The notes beneath the pieces are model-generated. The model searched no databases. It was not told the DNA's origin and saw only the letters and a list, made by a program, of their open reading frames with translations. Source: Eledone cirrhosa (Eukaryota). Taken from it: a DNA stretch of 64,000 nucleotides. Positions 24,933 to 36,528 of this stretch are shown here, in pieces. Numbering within the stretch: the stretch's first letter is position 1; each line of letters opens with the position of its first letter. The stretch lies in the NCBI GenBank assembly GCA_964016885.1, contig OZ024760.1, positions 32,860,001 to 32,924,000 on the forward strand, given 5' to 3'. The translations under genes were made by a program, and so were the position numbers.

Positions 24933-25270
24933 ATATATATATATGATATATATGATATATATATATGATATATATGATATATATATATGATATATATTTC
25001 TACTTGATGGTTAATGTGGGGTGGGGTAAACAACGGCAACGGCAACACCACCACCACCACTAACAACAATCACATCATCAACACCACCACTAACAACAAC
25101 AACACTATTGCAGCTACTACTCTCACCAACATCAACACCACCATAACTACCAACAACAATTGCATCAATAACATCACCCCTACAACAACACTTGCTGCTA
25201 CTACCACCACCAATACCACCCCCACACCAACACCACAACACCACCATCAACAACAACATAAGTAACTCAC

Positions 25271-25396
25271 AAGGCACTTGGCTCAATAGGTACCATCTCC
25301 GCCTTAACATTGCGATGCCAACTCTCCACAAATACTTTCATAGACTTCATATCAAACTGTTCTGGTTCGTAGCGGTACATTTTACCATGGCGGAAG
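25271..25396 (-). CDS. Trx-domain membrane protein exon 7
   Basis: ttttcttcag|...FRHGKMYRYEPEQFDMKSMKVFVESWHRNVKAEMVPIEPSA|gtgagt. Confidence 0.9.
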
Positions 25397-25542
25397 CTGA
25401 AGAAAATAGCTTAGTTTTAGGTAAAAACGTTAAAAGAAATACAATATATATTAGAACCCTTGCTAGCAGGGAAAATGGACCTATACAGGTTTAGCTGGCT
25501 TCCTCCAAGGTATATCTTGTTGGAGGTGTCTTGGGTAATTTA

Positions 25543-25712
25543 ATGATAGGGACCCCAGTCCCTATCATCTCATTTCTACAGCTGAGTAAACTGGAGCAAT
25601 GTGAAATAAAGTGTCTTGCTCAAGGAAACAACACATCACCCGGTCTGAGAATTGAACTCACAACCTTTCGATTGCAAGCCCAACGCTCTAACCACTAAGC
25701 CATGCGCCTTCA
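25543..25712 (-). mobile_element. SINE family A, 5' half
   Basis: Matches 24762-24932 and is truncated at the internal hairpin. Confidence 0.85.
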
Positions 25713-25759
25713 CCCACCCACCCACACACACATATATACACACATGCAAACATACATGA

Positions 25760-26562
25760 AAAAAAAATTAATGAAAATTATTGTGTACAGTGCTCAGGTG
25801 CACTACAACTCATCAAAGGTGCATGTATAGTACATAGATTAATGTACAAATGTCAAGAAAGTGAACAGTGTATGAGTCATGATATACACACAGACACACA
25901 CATACAGACATACATGCGTGCGTGTGTATAGAGAGGGATATCAGGTGTAGTGTTGGCGAATTTTGGGAAGCTTGGAAGTTTTAAAGGATGCAGTGTCTCG
26001 ACAGCTAACAACTGATGCAGGTAGTTTGTTCCATGGAGGTTTTAAAGGATGCAGTGTCTCGACAGCTAACAACTGATTCAGGTAGTTTGTTCCATGGAGG
26101 TTTTAAAGGATGCAGTGTCTCGACAGCTAACAACTGATGCAGCAGGTAGTTTGTTCCATGGAGGTTTTAAAGGATGCAGTGTCTCAACAGCTAACAACTG
26201 ATGCATGTAGTTTGTTCCATGGAGGTTTTAAAGGATGCAGTGTCTCGACAGCTAACAACTGATGCAGGTAGTTTGTTCCATGGAGGTTTTAAAGGATGCA
26301 GTGTCTCGACAGCTAACAACTGATGCAGGTAGTTTGTTCCATGGAGGTTTTAAAGGATGCAGTGTCTCGACAGCTAACAACTGATGCAGGGAGTTTGTTC
26401 CATGGAGGTTTTAAAGGATGCAGTGTCTCGACAGCTAACAACTGATGCAGGGAGTTTGTTCCATGCTTCAGCAACTCTGAGCATGAAAACATGTTTCTGA
26501 AAGTCATGGGAGCTGTACTGTTTTCTGATTTTGTAAGCATGTCTACGGATGTTAGACACATG
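25760..26562 (-). mobile_element. CR1-type LINE 3' fragment containing a 61-bp tandem expansion (x8, 25978-26465)
   Basis: RRHAYKIRK...VFMLRVAEAWNKLPASVV...FK resembles the CR1 ORF2 C-terminus; unit marker aggatg at 25985, 26046, 26107 ... 26415. Confidence 0.75.
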
Positions 26563-26579
26563 GAATATACAGATTATAT

Positions 26580-26880
26580 ACAGGGTATTACTGGTACTTT
26601 CTTTAATTCATTAACCCAGTAGAGTTGAAAGGCAAAGCTAACCTCGGCAGGATTTGAACTCACTGCCCTTAATAATGATTTCCAATTTAGACACAAGGCC
26701 AAACATTTTTGGGGAGGGCAAAGTCGATTAAAATCGGCCCTCATTGTATTACTGGTACTTTATTTCATCGACCCCAGTAGGGATGAAAGGCAAAGTTAAC
26801 CTTGACAGGATTTAAACTCAAAATGTAAAGGGACGTAGCTCTATGCCATAAAACGTTATCCGGAGCTCTACCGATTACTG
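26580..26880 (-). mobile_element. SINE family B, two partial/tandem copies
   Basis: Reverse complement of family B blocks (gtattactggtacttt, gaaaggcaaagttaacct, ggatttgaactca). Confidence 0.75.
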
Positions 26881-26881
26881 A

Positions 26882-26912
<31 letters not shown>

Positions 26913-26968
26913 ACACACTCCCAATATACAGAACAATAAAATACAATGAAATAATTCTTCATACTTAC

Positions 26969-27064
26969 TAAATAATAGAAGGACACTTCTTAATTTTAAA
27001 TCGATCAACTAGTTTAGGATTGGCGTTCATCTGGACTTTAGCAATATTCAGAGTGTGGTGCATT
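26969..27064 (-). CDS. Trx-domain membrane protein exon 6
   Basis: tttccttctag|A ATG...(R)MHHTLNIAKVQMNANPKLVDRFKIKKCPSII(Y)|gtaagt. Confidence 0.9.
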
Positions 27065-27131
27065 CTAGAAGGAAATAATAATAGAGTAACTTGATAAAGG
27101 TTGTGTGTGTGTGTCTGTATTTGTCAGTGTC

Positions 27132-27197
<66 letters not shown>

Positions 27198-27404
27198 TGT
27201 GAATGTGTGTGTGTGTGGTGCATTCTAGAAGGAAATATCAACAGATTCACTTTATAAAAATTGTGTGTGAGTGTGTGTGTTTGTCAGTGAGTGTGTGTTG
27301 GTGAGCATGTGCATGTGTGCATTTTATTATGGCACCATCACTAGGGAAGTTGTCTTTGACAGCTGCAGTTTTCCTGGCCCTTTCTTTAGCAGGTTTTCTC
27401 TAGC

Positions 27405-27672
27405 TGGAGTGTACTGGGAGGTCATTTATCATGTAAACCACCAATTACTTTACAGAGTGTACTGGGTGTATTTATCATGTAAACCACCAACTACTTTACA
27501 GAGTGTACTTGGTGTATTTATCATGTAAACCATCAACCACTTTACAGAGTGTACTGGGAGGTCATTTATCATGTAAACCACCAATTACTTTACAGAGTGT
27601 ACTTGGTGTATCTATCATGTAAACCATCAACCACTTTACAGAGTGTACTGGGTGTATCTATCATGTAAACCA
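27405..27672 (+). repeat. ~43-bp minisatellite x6
   Basis: agagtgtactgggtgtatttatcatgtaaaccaccaactactttac units. Confidence 0.85.
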
Positions 27673-27833
27673 AAAATAGGAAGGTTGTCATGTCTTTGAC
27701 ACAACTGAACAGTCCTCCTGGTTCAAGGTTCAGCAAATGTTAGAACATCCATGAGAAGATAGATCAATAGATCAACCCTCTGGTGTAGAATCTGTGAAAT
27801 ATATTTTATAAGGAAGATATATAAAGTAATTAC

Positions 27834-27890
27834 CTCACAGCTACGGCTTCCATTGTTGCCATGGCAATTAATCCACAACCAGGTTTGTAA
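27834..27890 (-). CDS. Trx-domain membrane protein exon 5 (degenerate active-site region)
   Basis: ttgttgcag|T TAC...(F)YKPGCGLIAMATMEAVAV|gtaatt; phases 2/2. Confidence 0.85.
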
Positions 27891-27968
27891 CTGCAACAAC
27901 AGAAACATAATTAGTGAAGTGAAGAGTGTAAAACGGCGGCAGTATTTAATACTTTAAATGTACATATA

Positions 27969-27999
<31 letters not shown>

Positions 28000-28520
28000 C
28001 ATATGATTCATATATATATATATCGCAAAATACGTATAGTTAGCACCCCAAACGTATAATTGGGATTATACTAAGGTATATCCTAATGTTTGTTGAGTGA
28101 GACGGAAGTCGGTCGGAGTATTGCTTAAAGCTTTCTCTGTTAGTGTATTAAATCATCATCATTTCATCATCAATATATATAAATATATATATATGATACA
28201 TATTTATAGATATATAATATATATATATTCCTGTCTAAACCCATGTTAGCGTGGAAGATAGACGTTAAACGATGATGATGATGATATATATACATATGAT
28301 ACATATTTATATATATATAATACATATATATATATACAAATTAGGATTGGTGCTCTGAAAAAGCGATGTATACATGAATGTATGTATAGTAAGGGAGAGA
28401 AGCTGACAGATTCTGTTTCACGCTGTCAAAATGTTTTTAATTAAACATACGGTATATTGCCAAATATACTATACATACATTCATGTATATATATATATAT
28501 ATATATATGATGATGATATA

Positions 28521-28958
28521 TTAGCAGTGGTACCCGGTGTCGCACGGGATAAGGTATTTTGGAATGCGGGCCTCCAACAGACCTAATCGTGGAAAAACTG
28601 CATGCCTGGACAATATGTAAAGAAAATAAACCAAATACTCTGATGGCTGGATAATCTTTAAGATTTTCCTCGATGAAGCAAGAAAAATGTAGGTTTTCAC
28701 CTAATGCGGGCCCTAGACCATAAAAATGTTGGATTTTCTTAGCTCACGGTATGGAAATCGGTCTGACGTAGCGCCTAAAAAAACCCTAAAAAGCTGAAAA
28801 ACGCAGTTTTTCACCTAAAGTTGAATGTGCATAACACTCCCTGAAACATAAGTAATACACATTTAAAGTTTGAAAAAAGTCGGTTGGGTACTTCTTGAGT
28901 TTTAGGGATTCAAACTCAGACACACACACACACAGACAGGCATCCTCTGTTTTATATA
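28521..28958 (-). mobile_element. non-autonomous Helitron, internally shorter copy
   Basis: Colinear with 23340-23760; hairpin cccgtgcgacaccggg near the 3' end. Confidence 0.7.
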
Positions 28959-29149
28959 TGAATGTATATGAATGTATGTATAGTATTTTTGCATCTGTTT
29001 GTCTTGTTTATTCTTGAACTATATATATATATATATATATAGATAGTTCAAGAATAAACAAGACAAACAGATGCAAAAACCACAAAGTTTTATTAGTTTC
29101 ATGCTTGGGAAGAAGTAAATGAGATTTTCATCATACATATCTTATATAT

Positions 29150-30600
29150 AAAACTGATGGATCAGGTTATGAAAGTGGCAGAAAGGATATTAGCACAACT
29201 AATTAGAGAAAGGGTCAAACTAGATGAGATGTAGTTTGGTTTTGTGCCTGGGAAGAGTACAACAGATGCCCTCTTCTTGGTGAGACAATTACAAGAGAGG
29301 TTCTTAGACAAGAATAAGCCACTATACTTAGCCTTTGTTGACCTAGAGAAGGCCTTTGATAGGGTACCCCGATCTGTCATCTGGTGGTCCCTAAGAAACT
29401 AGGTGTTGAGGAATGGCTTGTGAGGACAGTGCAAACTTTGTACAGAGGTGCTGTCAGTAAAGTTAGGGTAGGAATGGAGTTTAGTGAGGAATTCCAGATA
29501 CAAGTAGGAGTACATCAAGGTTCCGTCCTCCGCCCGCTCTTGTTCATTATAGTCCTCCAAGCCATAACAGAGGAGTTTAAGACTGGCTGTCCATTGGAAC
29601 TTCTCTATGCTGACGATCTGGTTCTTATAGCAGAATCATTAGAGGAGCTAGAGAATAAATTCTGGCTATGGAAACAGCAGTTGGAAGCAAGAGGACCGAC
29701 AGTGAACCTAGCTAAGACAAAAGTGTTGATGAGTAGAAAAGAGGACAAAACTCTGATTCCGTCAGGGAAATGGCCATGTTCGATATACAGAAAAGGAACT
29801 GGCATAAAATCTATAAAATGCACACAATGCAGATCCTGGGTACACAAGAGATGTAGTGGGATAGCAGGCAAACTAACAGGTAGGGAGAAATACGTATGCA
29901 GTAGATGTACAGGGAAATTAGACAGTAGAAGTCACATTGATAGACACATTTTTCAAATGCAGGCGGGTGCTATAGAAGTGGTGGATAGCTTCCGGTACCT
30001 AGGAGATCAGATTAGCATGGGAGGAGGGTGTTCCGAGGCCATAGTATCTAGAATAAGGACGGGTTGGAAGAAGTTTAGGGAGCTGCTTCCTCTGCTGACG
30101 AAGAAGGGTTTCTCCCTGCGTACGAAAGGCTGGTTATATGATGCCTGTGTGAGGAGCGCGATGCTGCATGTTAGTGAGACATGGGCAGCAACTGCAGAGG
30201 ATATGCGATGGCTGGAGAGAAATGAGGCAAGCATGCTCCGTTGGATGTGCAGTGTCAATGTGCGTGAACGACCCAGCATGAATGTGTTGAGAGAGAAACT
30301 GTGTCTGAGAGGGATAGAATGTAGTGTGTGAGAGAGGAGACTGAGGTGGTATGGACATGTGATGCGCATGGAGGATGACTGATGGGTGAAGAAATGTCAC
30401 AAAATGCCAGTTGAAGGAAGACGTGGTAGAGGTAGACCATGAAAAACATGGGCAGAGGTGGTGAGAACAGACCTCAGATCGCTGAAGCTCACGGTGAGAT
30501 GACGAAGGACCGTGACGAGTGGAGAGATGCTGTGCTGAATAAGACCCATTTCCACCCTTGCAAGCAGGGAAAAGTGGACGTAAAATGATGATGATGATAT
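29150..30600 (+). mobile_element. RTE LINE, 5'-truncated, decayed (intron 4)
   Basis: High similarity to 40742-42195; in-frame stops; (ATG)n tail. Confidence 0.95.
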
Positions 30601-30780
30601 TAAATGCATGAAAGTTACATAAAACAAAACACAAAAAAAATCATAAAAATTAACACTAAAGAAACAAAAGAAGAAAATCATTAACAATAAAAACAAGAAG
30701 AAAAATAACAACAACAAAAACTAGAAGAAGAAGAAAAATAATAACAACAAGCACAACATCAAGAAGTGTAAGGTACTTAC

Positions 30781-30922
30781 AATAAGACCAACCAATCTCC
30801 AGTGGTTGCTCCAGTTGAGGCCTGGGTCAAATGTTCAAAGTTATTTTCATTTAAAACTCTCATTGCTTCCTTCTGGGCAGCTTCCAACCATTCAGCAACA
30901 TCTCCGGCATCAATGCTGTTAC
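30781..30922 (-). CDS. Trx-domain membrane protein exon 4
   Basis: ctctttcag|...(G)NSIDAGDVAEWLEAAQKEAMRVLNENNFEHLTQASTGATTGDWLVL|gtaagt; carries the family signature NFEHLTQASTGATTGDW. Confidence 0.93.
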
Positions 30923-30929
30923 CTGAAAG

Positions 30930-31195
30930 AGAGCAACCTGCCACATGTGACTCTTGACTGCTGTACATGTGGGAGAGGAAATTGCCACATGTGACATATT
31001 TACTACATGTGGGGGAGAGCAACCTGCCACATGTCAAGGCTTCTGCACATGTAGGAGAGAAATTTGCAACATGTGACTGGTGGTTGGTGCATGTGGGGGG
31101 CAAGAAGCAACCTGCCACATGTGACTCTTGACTGCTGTACATGTGGGAGGGAAACGCCACATATGGCTGGTGATTGCTACATGTGGGGGGACAAC
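30930..31195. repeat. degenerate ~42-bp minisatellite rich in ACATGT palindromes
   Basis: gcaacctgccacatgtgactcttgactgctgtacatgtggg recurs. Confidence 0.7.
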
Positions 31196-31496
31196 CTATA
31201 TATATAAACACACACACATATATTATATACTGGCAGTGCCCCAGCATGGCTTCAGCCTGTCAACTGGAAAATGTAATAGACTAATATATATTACAAACAC
31301 ACACACACACATATATATATATATACATACACACACACACACGGACCATCCGTCTCCATTTTGCTCAGTATATAAGATCCAGATGTGTCACACACATTAA
31401 TATACATACACACATATATTACACACACACTATAACACTTACACACATAGACCATCCTTCTCTTTACTCAGTATATAAGACGAAGATGTCACTTAC

Positions 31497-31604
31497 CATC
31501 ATAGACTACAGGAGACTTCTGTCGGAAGAAGACCAATGCTGGTAACATTCTTACACCGTATTTGTCACCAAATGTTTGACTTTGTAGCTTACCATAACGA
31601 CAAT
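31497..31604 (-). CDS. Trx-domain membrane protein exon 3
   Basis: atattccag|...(D)CRYGKLQSQTFGDKYGVRMLPALVFFRQKSPVVYD(G)|gtaagt; thioredoxin cis-Pro region. Confidence 0.9.
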
Positions 31605-31904
31605 CTGGAATATGACAAGAACTAATACAGATACTCTACTGGTTACAACATGGCAGCTAAAGATAAAGGAGAAGCAGTGAAGTGACAGAGTTATTAGAAC
31701 GATAGATAGAAGGTTTTGATTTGTAGGATTTGTTCTGCTGGGATCTGGGATCATTGATTCTTGAGTTGAAATCCTGTGTCAAGGATCAACTTGAGAGAGA
31801 GGTAGAGAGAGAAGTAGGTAAAGAGAGAGAGGTAGAATGATAGAGTGAGACAAGTATATATATATATAGAGAGAGAGAGAGCTAGATTATATATATATAT
31901 ATAT

Positions 31905-32285
31905 ATCATCATCACCGTTTTATGTCCGTTCTTCCACGCTAGCATGGGTTAGACAGGTTGTCCTGTTGTGGGCAGTGTCCAGTCGGCTGACCTTGTCTTG
32001 CTCATATGGGAACTGATTCTGGCTTGATTTCTACAGCTGGATGCCCCTCATTTACAGTGAGTGCTGGGTGCTTTTTTTTTTTACCGTAGCACCTCTACGA
32101 CCACTTTGCAGTGGAATGATAGGGATCCCAGTCCCTATCATCTCATTTCTACAGCTGAGTAAACTGGAGCAATATGAAATAAAGTGTCTTGCTCAAGGAA
32201 ACAACACATCACCCGGTCTGAGAATTGAACTCACAACCTTTCGATTGCAAGGCCAATGCTCTAACCACTAAACCATGTGCCTCCA
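31905..32285 (-). mobile_element. SINE family A variant with a different RTE-type tail
   Basis: Head and core match 24760-24932; tail resembles 11615-11760. Confidence 0.85.
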
Positions 32286-32334
32286 TATATATATACAGGT
32301 AGACGCGCTCCATCATCCAGTTTTCTAAAAAAAT

Positions 32335-32580
32335 AAATCATACACAAAACGCCAACAGTTTGGCAAGAGATTTCAACATGAATGGACCTGTTATTTTTAT
32401 CTAAAGACATTTTTTCCAATTCCAACCCGCCCGTCCCCTCAATCTATCTTATTTCTCATTCTTTCTTCTGATGAAGGACTAGTGTCCGAAAATTTAAGAC
32501 CCTCTTCCTGCTATATCATGTGTTAACCTAATATATCCCTTCCATATACTGTACCGATTGGTTATTTCTGTTTACCTTTT

Positions 32581-32582
<2 letters not shown>
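32335..32582 (+). mobile_element. ~250-bp hammerhead-bearing repeat (HHR family 3), copy 3
   Basis: Homologous to 19677-19932; core at 32464-32499. Confidence 0.8.
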
Positions 32583-32618
<36 letters not shown>

Positions 32619-32663
32619 TAAAATACAAATATTAATAAAATAGATGTTCTTGTGATCAATTAA

Positions 32664-32716
32664 ATTTTATTATACATATTTCAGAGGTACAACAGTACGT
32701 CCTCATCAGATAAAAT
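32664..32716 (-). ncRNA. type I hammerhead ribozyme in the Penelope-like terminal repeat
   Basis: ATTTTAT-CTGATGA-GGACGTAC(TGTT)GTACCTCT-GAAA-TATGTA-TA-ATAAAAT: 7-bp stem I, stem II, near-palindromic stem III. Confidence 0.8.
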
Positions 32717-33422
32717 AAAATGATACATGACATACCCTGAGATGTTAAATGGTTAAGATTTAATCAAGGTAGTGATTAACTTATGAGAAAACTCAACATT
32801 TATACCCTAATAATGAGAACATGAGAAAACATAATAGAATCAATAGAGAAGGTATAAGTAAGAAAAACATTGCTTTAATGTAACAGTTATAGAGTTTTTA
32901 AAATCTGGGATACTACAAATTAGGATTATAGAGGAAGACATCTTTGGAGTTATAATGTTATTACAGTTTTTGGCTTGAGAAAGCGACCGATAGATAATTA
33001 AAGAGAGGGAGAGATAAAGGGGAGTAATTTATGCAAAAATATGTTCACATATAGACATAGCGGATAAATTTCAAAATATTTAATATTTAATTTATGTTAT
33101 TTTAGGGTGAAGAATCAAAATTTTAGGATTTAAAAGTTGATGGTTATTTATATTAATTTTATAAATTTTATAAAATTTGTTAAATGTGTTACATTTCTAA
33201 AATTCTAAGTTTTATGAAAACAAATTTAAAGGATTTACTAGGCCCATGAAAGAAAAATATACACTGTTAAATATTCACTTAAATGTAATCTTTGACAAAA
33301 TTACTTATAACAGTGTCAACATTTTTGGTATGTATAATTTATGAAGTACTTAGTGTTACAAATATCAAGGAATTTATTGTCAAGTAGATACATTGTCTAA
33401 AGTATAATAATTAACGCAGAGT

Positions 33423-33468
<46 letters not shown>

Positions 33469-33743
33469 GGAAAAAATGAAACGATATTTCATTTCCCACT
33501 CTTAGTACGGCTGTTACTTAAATATAAGTAAGTATAAGTAAGTATGTACACGTACATACATATATGTATACCGACGTACAGTAGTATGTATATATATATA
33601 TACATACATGCACACATATATATGCACGTATGGATTCACCAAACATTTATTATAATGCTCGGTGTGTTTGTAAACAAACATCCCGTATTAAGCCGTAGTG
33701 TCTAGCAACCACCGTTGCTCGTTTGTTCAACACTGACAAAGGA

Positions 33744-33786
33744 ACGCTGTACTAGTTTCAAGCTTGTTAGCTATCGTCAGCAACGT
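33744..33786 (-). ncRNA. type I hammerhead ribozyme (intact core)
   Basis: ACGTTG-CTGACGA-TAGCT(AACA)AGCTT-GAAA-CTAG-TA-CAGCGT: stem I of 6 bp with one G.U, stem II AGCT/AGCT, palindromic ACTAGT, GUA cleavage triplet. Confidence 0.85.
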
Positions 33787-34561
33787 ATACCTTCCTGCCA
33801 GATTGTTGAACGTATATACTTACCTTATGCATATTAACGGCTGAGTAGCCCAATTTGCATATCGAGTGGGTTAATCGACCGGGTGCACCGAAAACGATAA
33901 ACGGAAAAAATGAAACGATATTTCATTTCCCACTCTTAGTACGGCTGTTACTTAAATATAAGTAAGTATAAGTAAGTATGTACACGTACATACATATATG
34001 TATACCGACGTACAGTAGTATGTATATATATATATACATACATGCACACATATATATATGCACGTATGGATTCACCAAACATTTATTATAATGCTCGGTG
34101 TGTTTGTAAACAAACATCCCGTATTAAGCCGTAGTGTCTAGCAACCACCGTTGCTCGTTTGTTCAACACTGACAAAGGAACGCTGTATTAGTTTCAAGCT
34201 TGTTAGCAACGGTGGTTGCTAGACACTACGGCTTAATACGGGATGTTTGTTTACAAACACACCGAGCATTATAATAAATGTTCGGTGAATCCATACGTGC
34301 ATATATATATGTGTGCATGTATGTATATATATATACATACTACTGTACGTCGGTATACATATATGTATGTACGTGTACATACTTACTTATATTTAAGTTA
34401 CAGCCGTACTAAGAGTGGGAAATGAAATATCGTTTCATTTTTTCCGTTTATCGTTTTCGGTGCACCCGGCCGATTAACCCACTCGATATGCAAATTGGGC
34501 TACTCAGCCGTTAAAATGCATAAGGTAAGTATATACGTTCAACAATCTGGCAGGAAGGTAT

Positions 34562-34604
34562 ACGTTGCCGACGATAGCTAACAAGCTTGAAACTAGTACA
34601 GCGT
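34562..34604 (+). ncRNA. hammerhead copy with core mutation (CCGACGA)
   Basis: Same as 33744-33786 but CUGA is changed to CCGA. Confidence 0.65.
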
Positions 34605-34823
34605 TCCTTTGTCAGTGTTGAACAAACGAGCAACGGTGGTTGCTAGACACTACGGCTTAATACGGGATGTTTGTTTACAAACACACCGAGCATTATAATA
34701 AATGTTCGGTGAATCCATACGTGCATATATATATGTGTGCATGTATGTATATATATATATACATACTACTGTACGTCGGTATACATATATGTATGTACGT
34801 GTACATACTTACTTATACTTACT

Positions 34824-34890
<67 letters not shown>

Positions 34891-34894
34891 ATAT

Positions 34895-35237
34895 GGAGGC
34901 ACATGGCTTAGTGGTTAGAGTATTAGCCTTGCAATCGAAAGGTTGTGAGTTCAATTCTCAGACCGGGTGATGTGTTGTTTCCTTGAGCAAGACACTTTAT
35001 TTCACATTGCTCCAGTTTACTCAGCTGTAGAAATGAGATGATAGGGACCGGGGTCCCTATCATTCCACTGCAAAGTGGTCGTGGAGGTGCCACGGCAAAA
35101 AAGCACCCAGCACTCACTGTAAATGAGGTTGGTGTTAGGAAGGGCATCCAGCTGTAGAAATCAAGCCAGAATCAGTTCCCGTCCCACCCTTGCAAGCAGG
35201 GAAAGGCGGACGTAAAATGAAATGAAATGAAATGAAA
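34895..35237 (+). mobile_element. SINE family A, full length
   Basis: A box TGGCTTAGTGG, B box GAGTTCAATTC, CORE-like ccttgagcaagacacttt...tcagctgtagaaatg, a 3' end shared with the RTE LINE, and a (GAAAT)n tail. Confidence 0.92.
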
Positions 35238-36528
35238 TTTATCGTAATAAATTTATTATATTATATTAAATCACTATATTAGTTCTACCTGCAAGGGAAG
35301 AATGAACTCTAAATAATGATTATGTTATTGTACAATATATATATATTTGCACAAACTATATATAGCGTTATACCGAAACAATAATTATGATTAAGTTATT
35401 ATACGTTATAAATATAGATGCAAAAAACTAAATGCAGAGATATACCTAACTATTAATATGATTATGTTATTATACAATATAAATATATTTGCAAAAATTA
35501 TGTATAGAGAGATATACTAAGTATTAATGAGACAGTATGCTTTTGGTAAATTATAATCTTAGATAATAGATTCAAACATGCATAAGTTGAATACATACAT
35601 ATATATAAAAAAGTGTAAACGCATGAATGATCAACAGTTGAAAATAAGGTCCGTAAAAATTTACAGGTTGGATATTTAAACTATATTTAAAACAGAGATA
35701 GAAAAATAAAGATAGAGAAAAAATGGTATGGATCAAAGTTAATAATATCCATAAAACTATATGTTATGTATATCAACGTGCCAGCATGTTATTAAACAAA
35801 TATCATTCATTCAAACGTTATTTCCTTATAGATGGTTAGAAGATAAAGCAATATTAAAGTTTTATAAGCCATTAAGGTTTTCAACTGTTGATGATGTACG
35901 TCTAAAAACCAAATTTGGTTGCTTACTGTTTTTCCTGATCTTATGCAAGGCTTGGAATGTAGACAAGGCTTTATGAAGGCAGTTTGAGAATAATTCACTT
36001 TTTTTGTTAATTAAGGTCTCATAATTATTAATAATCAAAAGGGTCTCCATTGTACAAAGCGCGCAGTTACTTGATATACTTGAGTTGCGGTAAACTCCAC
36101 TATTATGAAGTTTCGTCCAAAATATGGAGTATTTTAAATTCTTATCTTTTAATGACCATATTAGCTGTGGTAAAAAAGTGGATGATTTCCTATTGGAATT
36201 CGTAAAAGAGTATTTATGATTCGCAAATCTAGCTTTAAATGTAGAAGAAGTCGATCCTATGTAGTTGTATGTGTTATAATCAGTTTTTACGGTGCATTTA
36301 TACACCAAATTACTATCCAAACAATTATTTTGAAGAGGGCAATCAATTTTATTTCTACAATTACATTTTGGTTTATTATTATTTATGCTAACACTATTAT
36401 TAAGATCATTATGCTGATTCTGCTTTAGAATTTTACTGTTTAATTTAGCAATGTTTTGGGCCATATTCATAGTTGTAGAATAAGATAATTTAATAGTGTG
36501 TCTATTAAAAATGGAATGGTATTTATAT

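Larger units (their letters stand above)
33464..34825. mobile_element. retrozyme-like element: ~435-bp unit, about 1.7 tandem copies on - joined to about 1.4 copies on +
   Basis: taaacggaaaaaatg at 33464 and 33898; inversion junction at ~34205-34207; one hammerhead per unit; both outer ends lie in (TA)n. Confidence 0.82.

Noticed and set aside
34895-34970. tRNA gene
   Set aside because: A and B boxes are present, but the sequence continues into a multi-copy SINE body with no clean cloverleaf or terminator.
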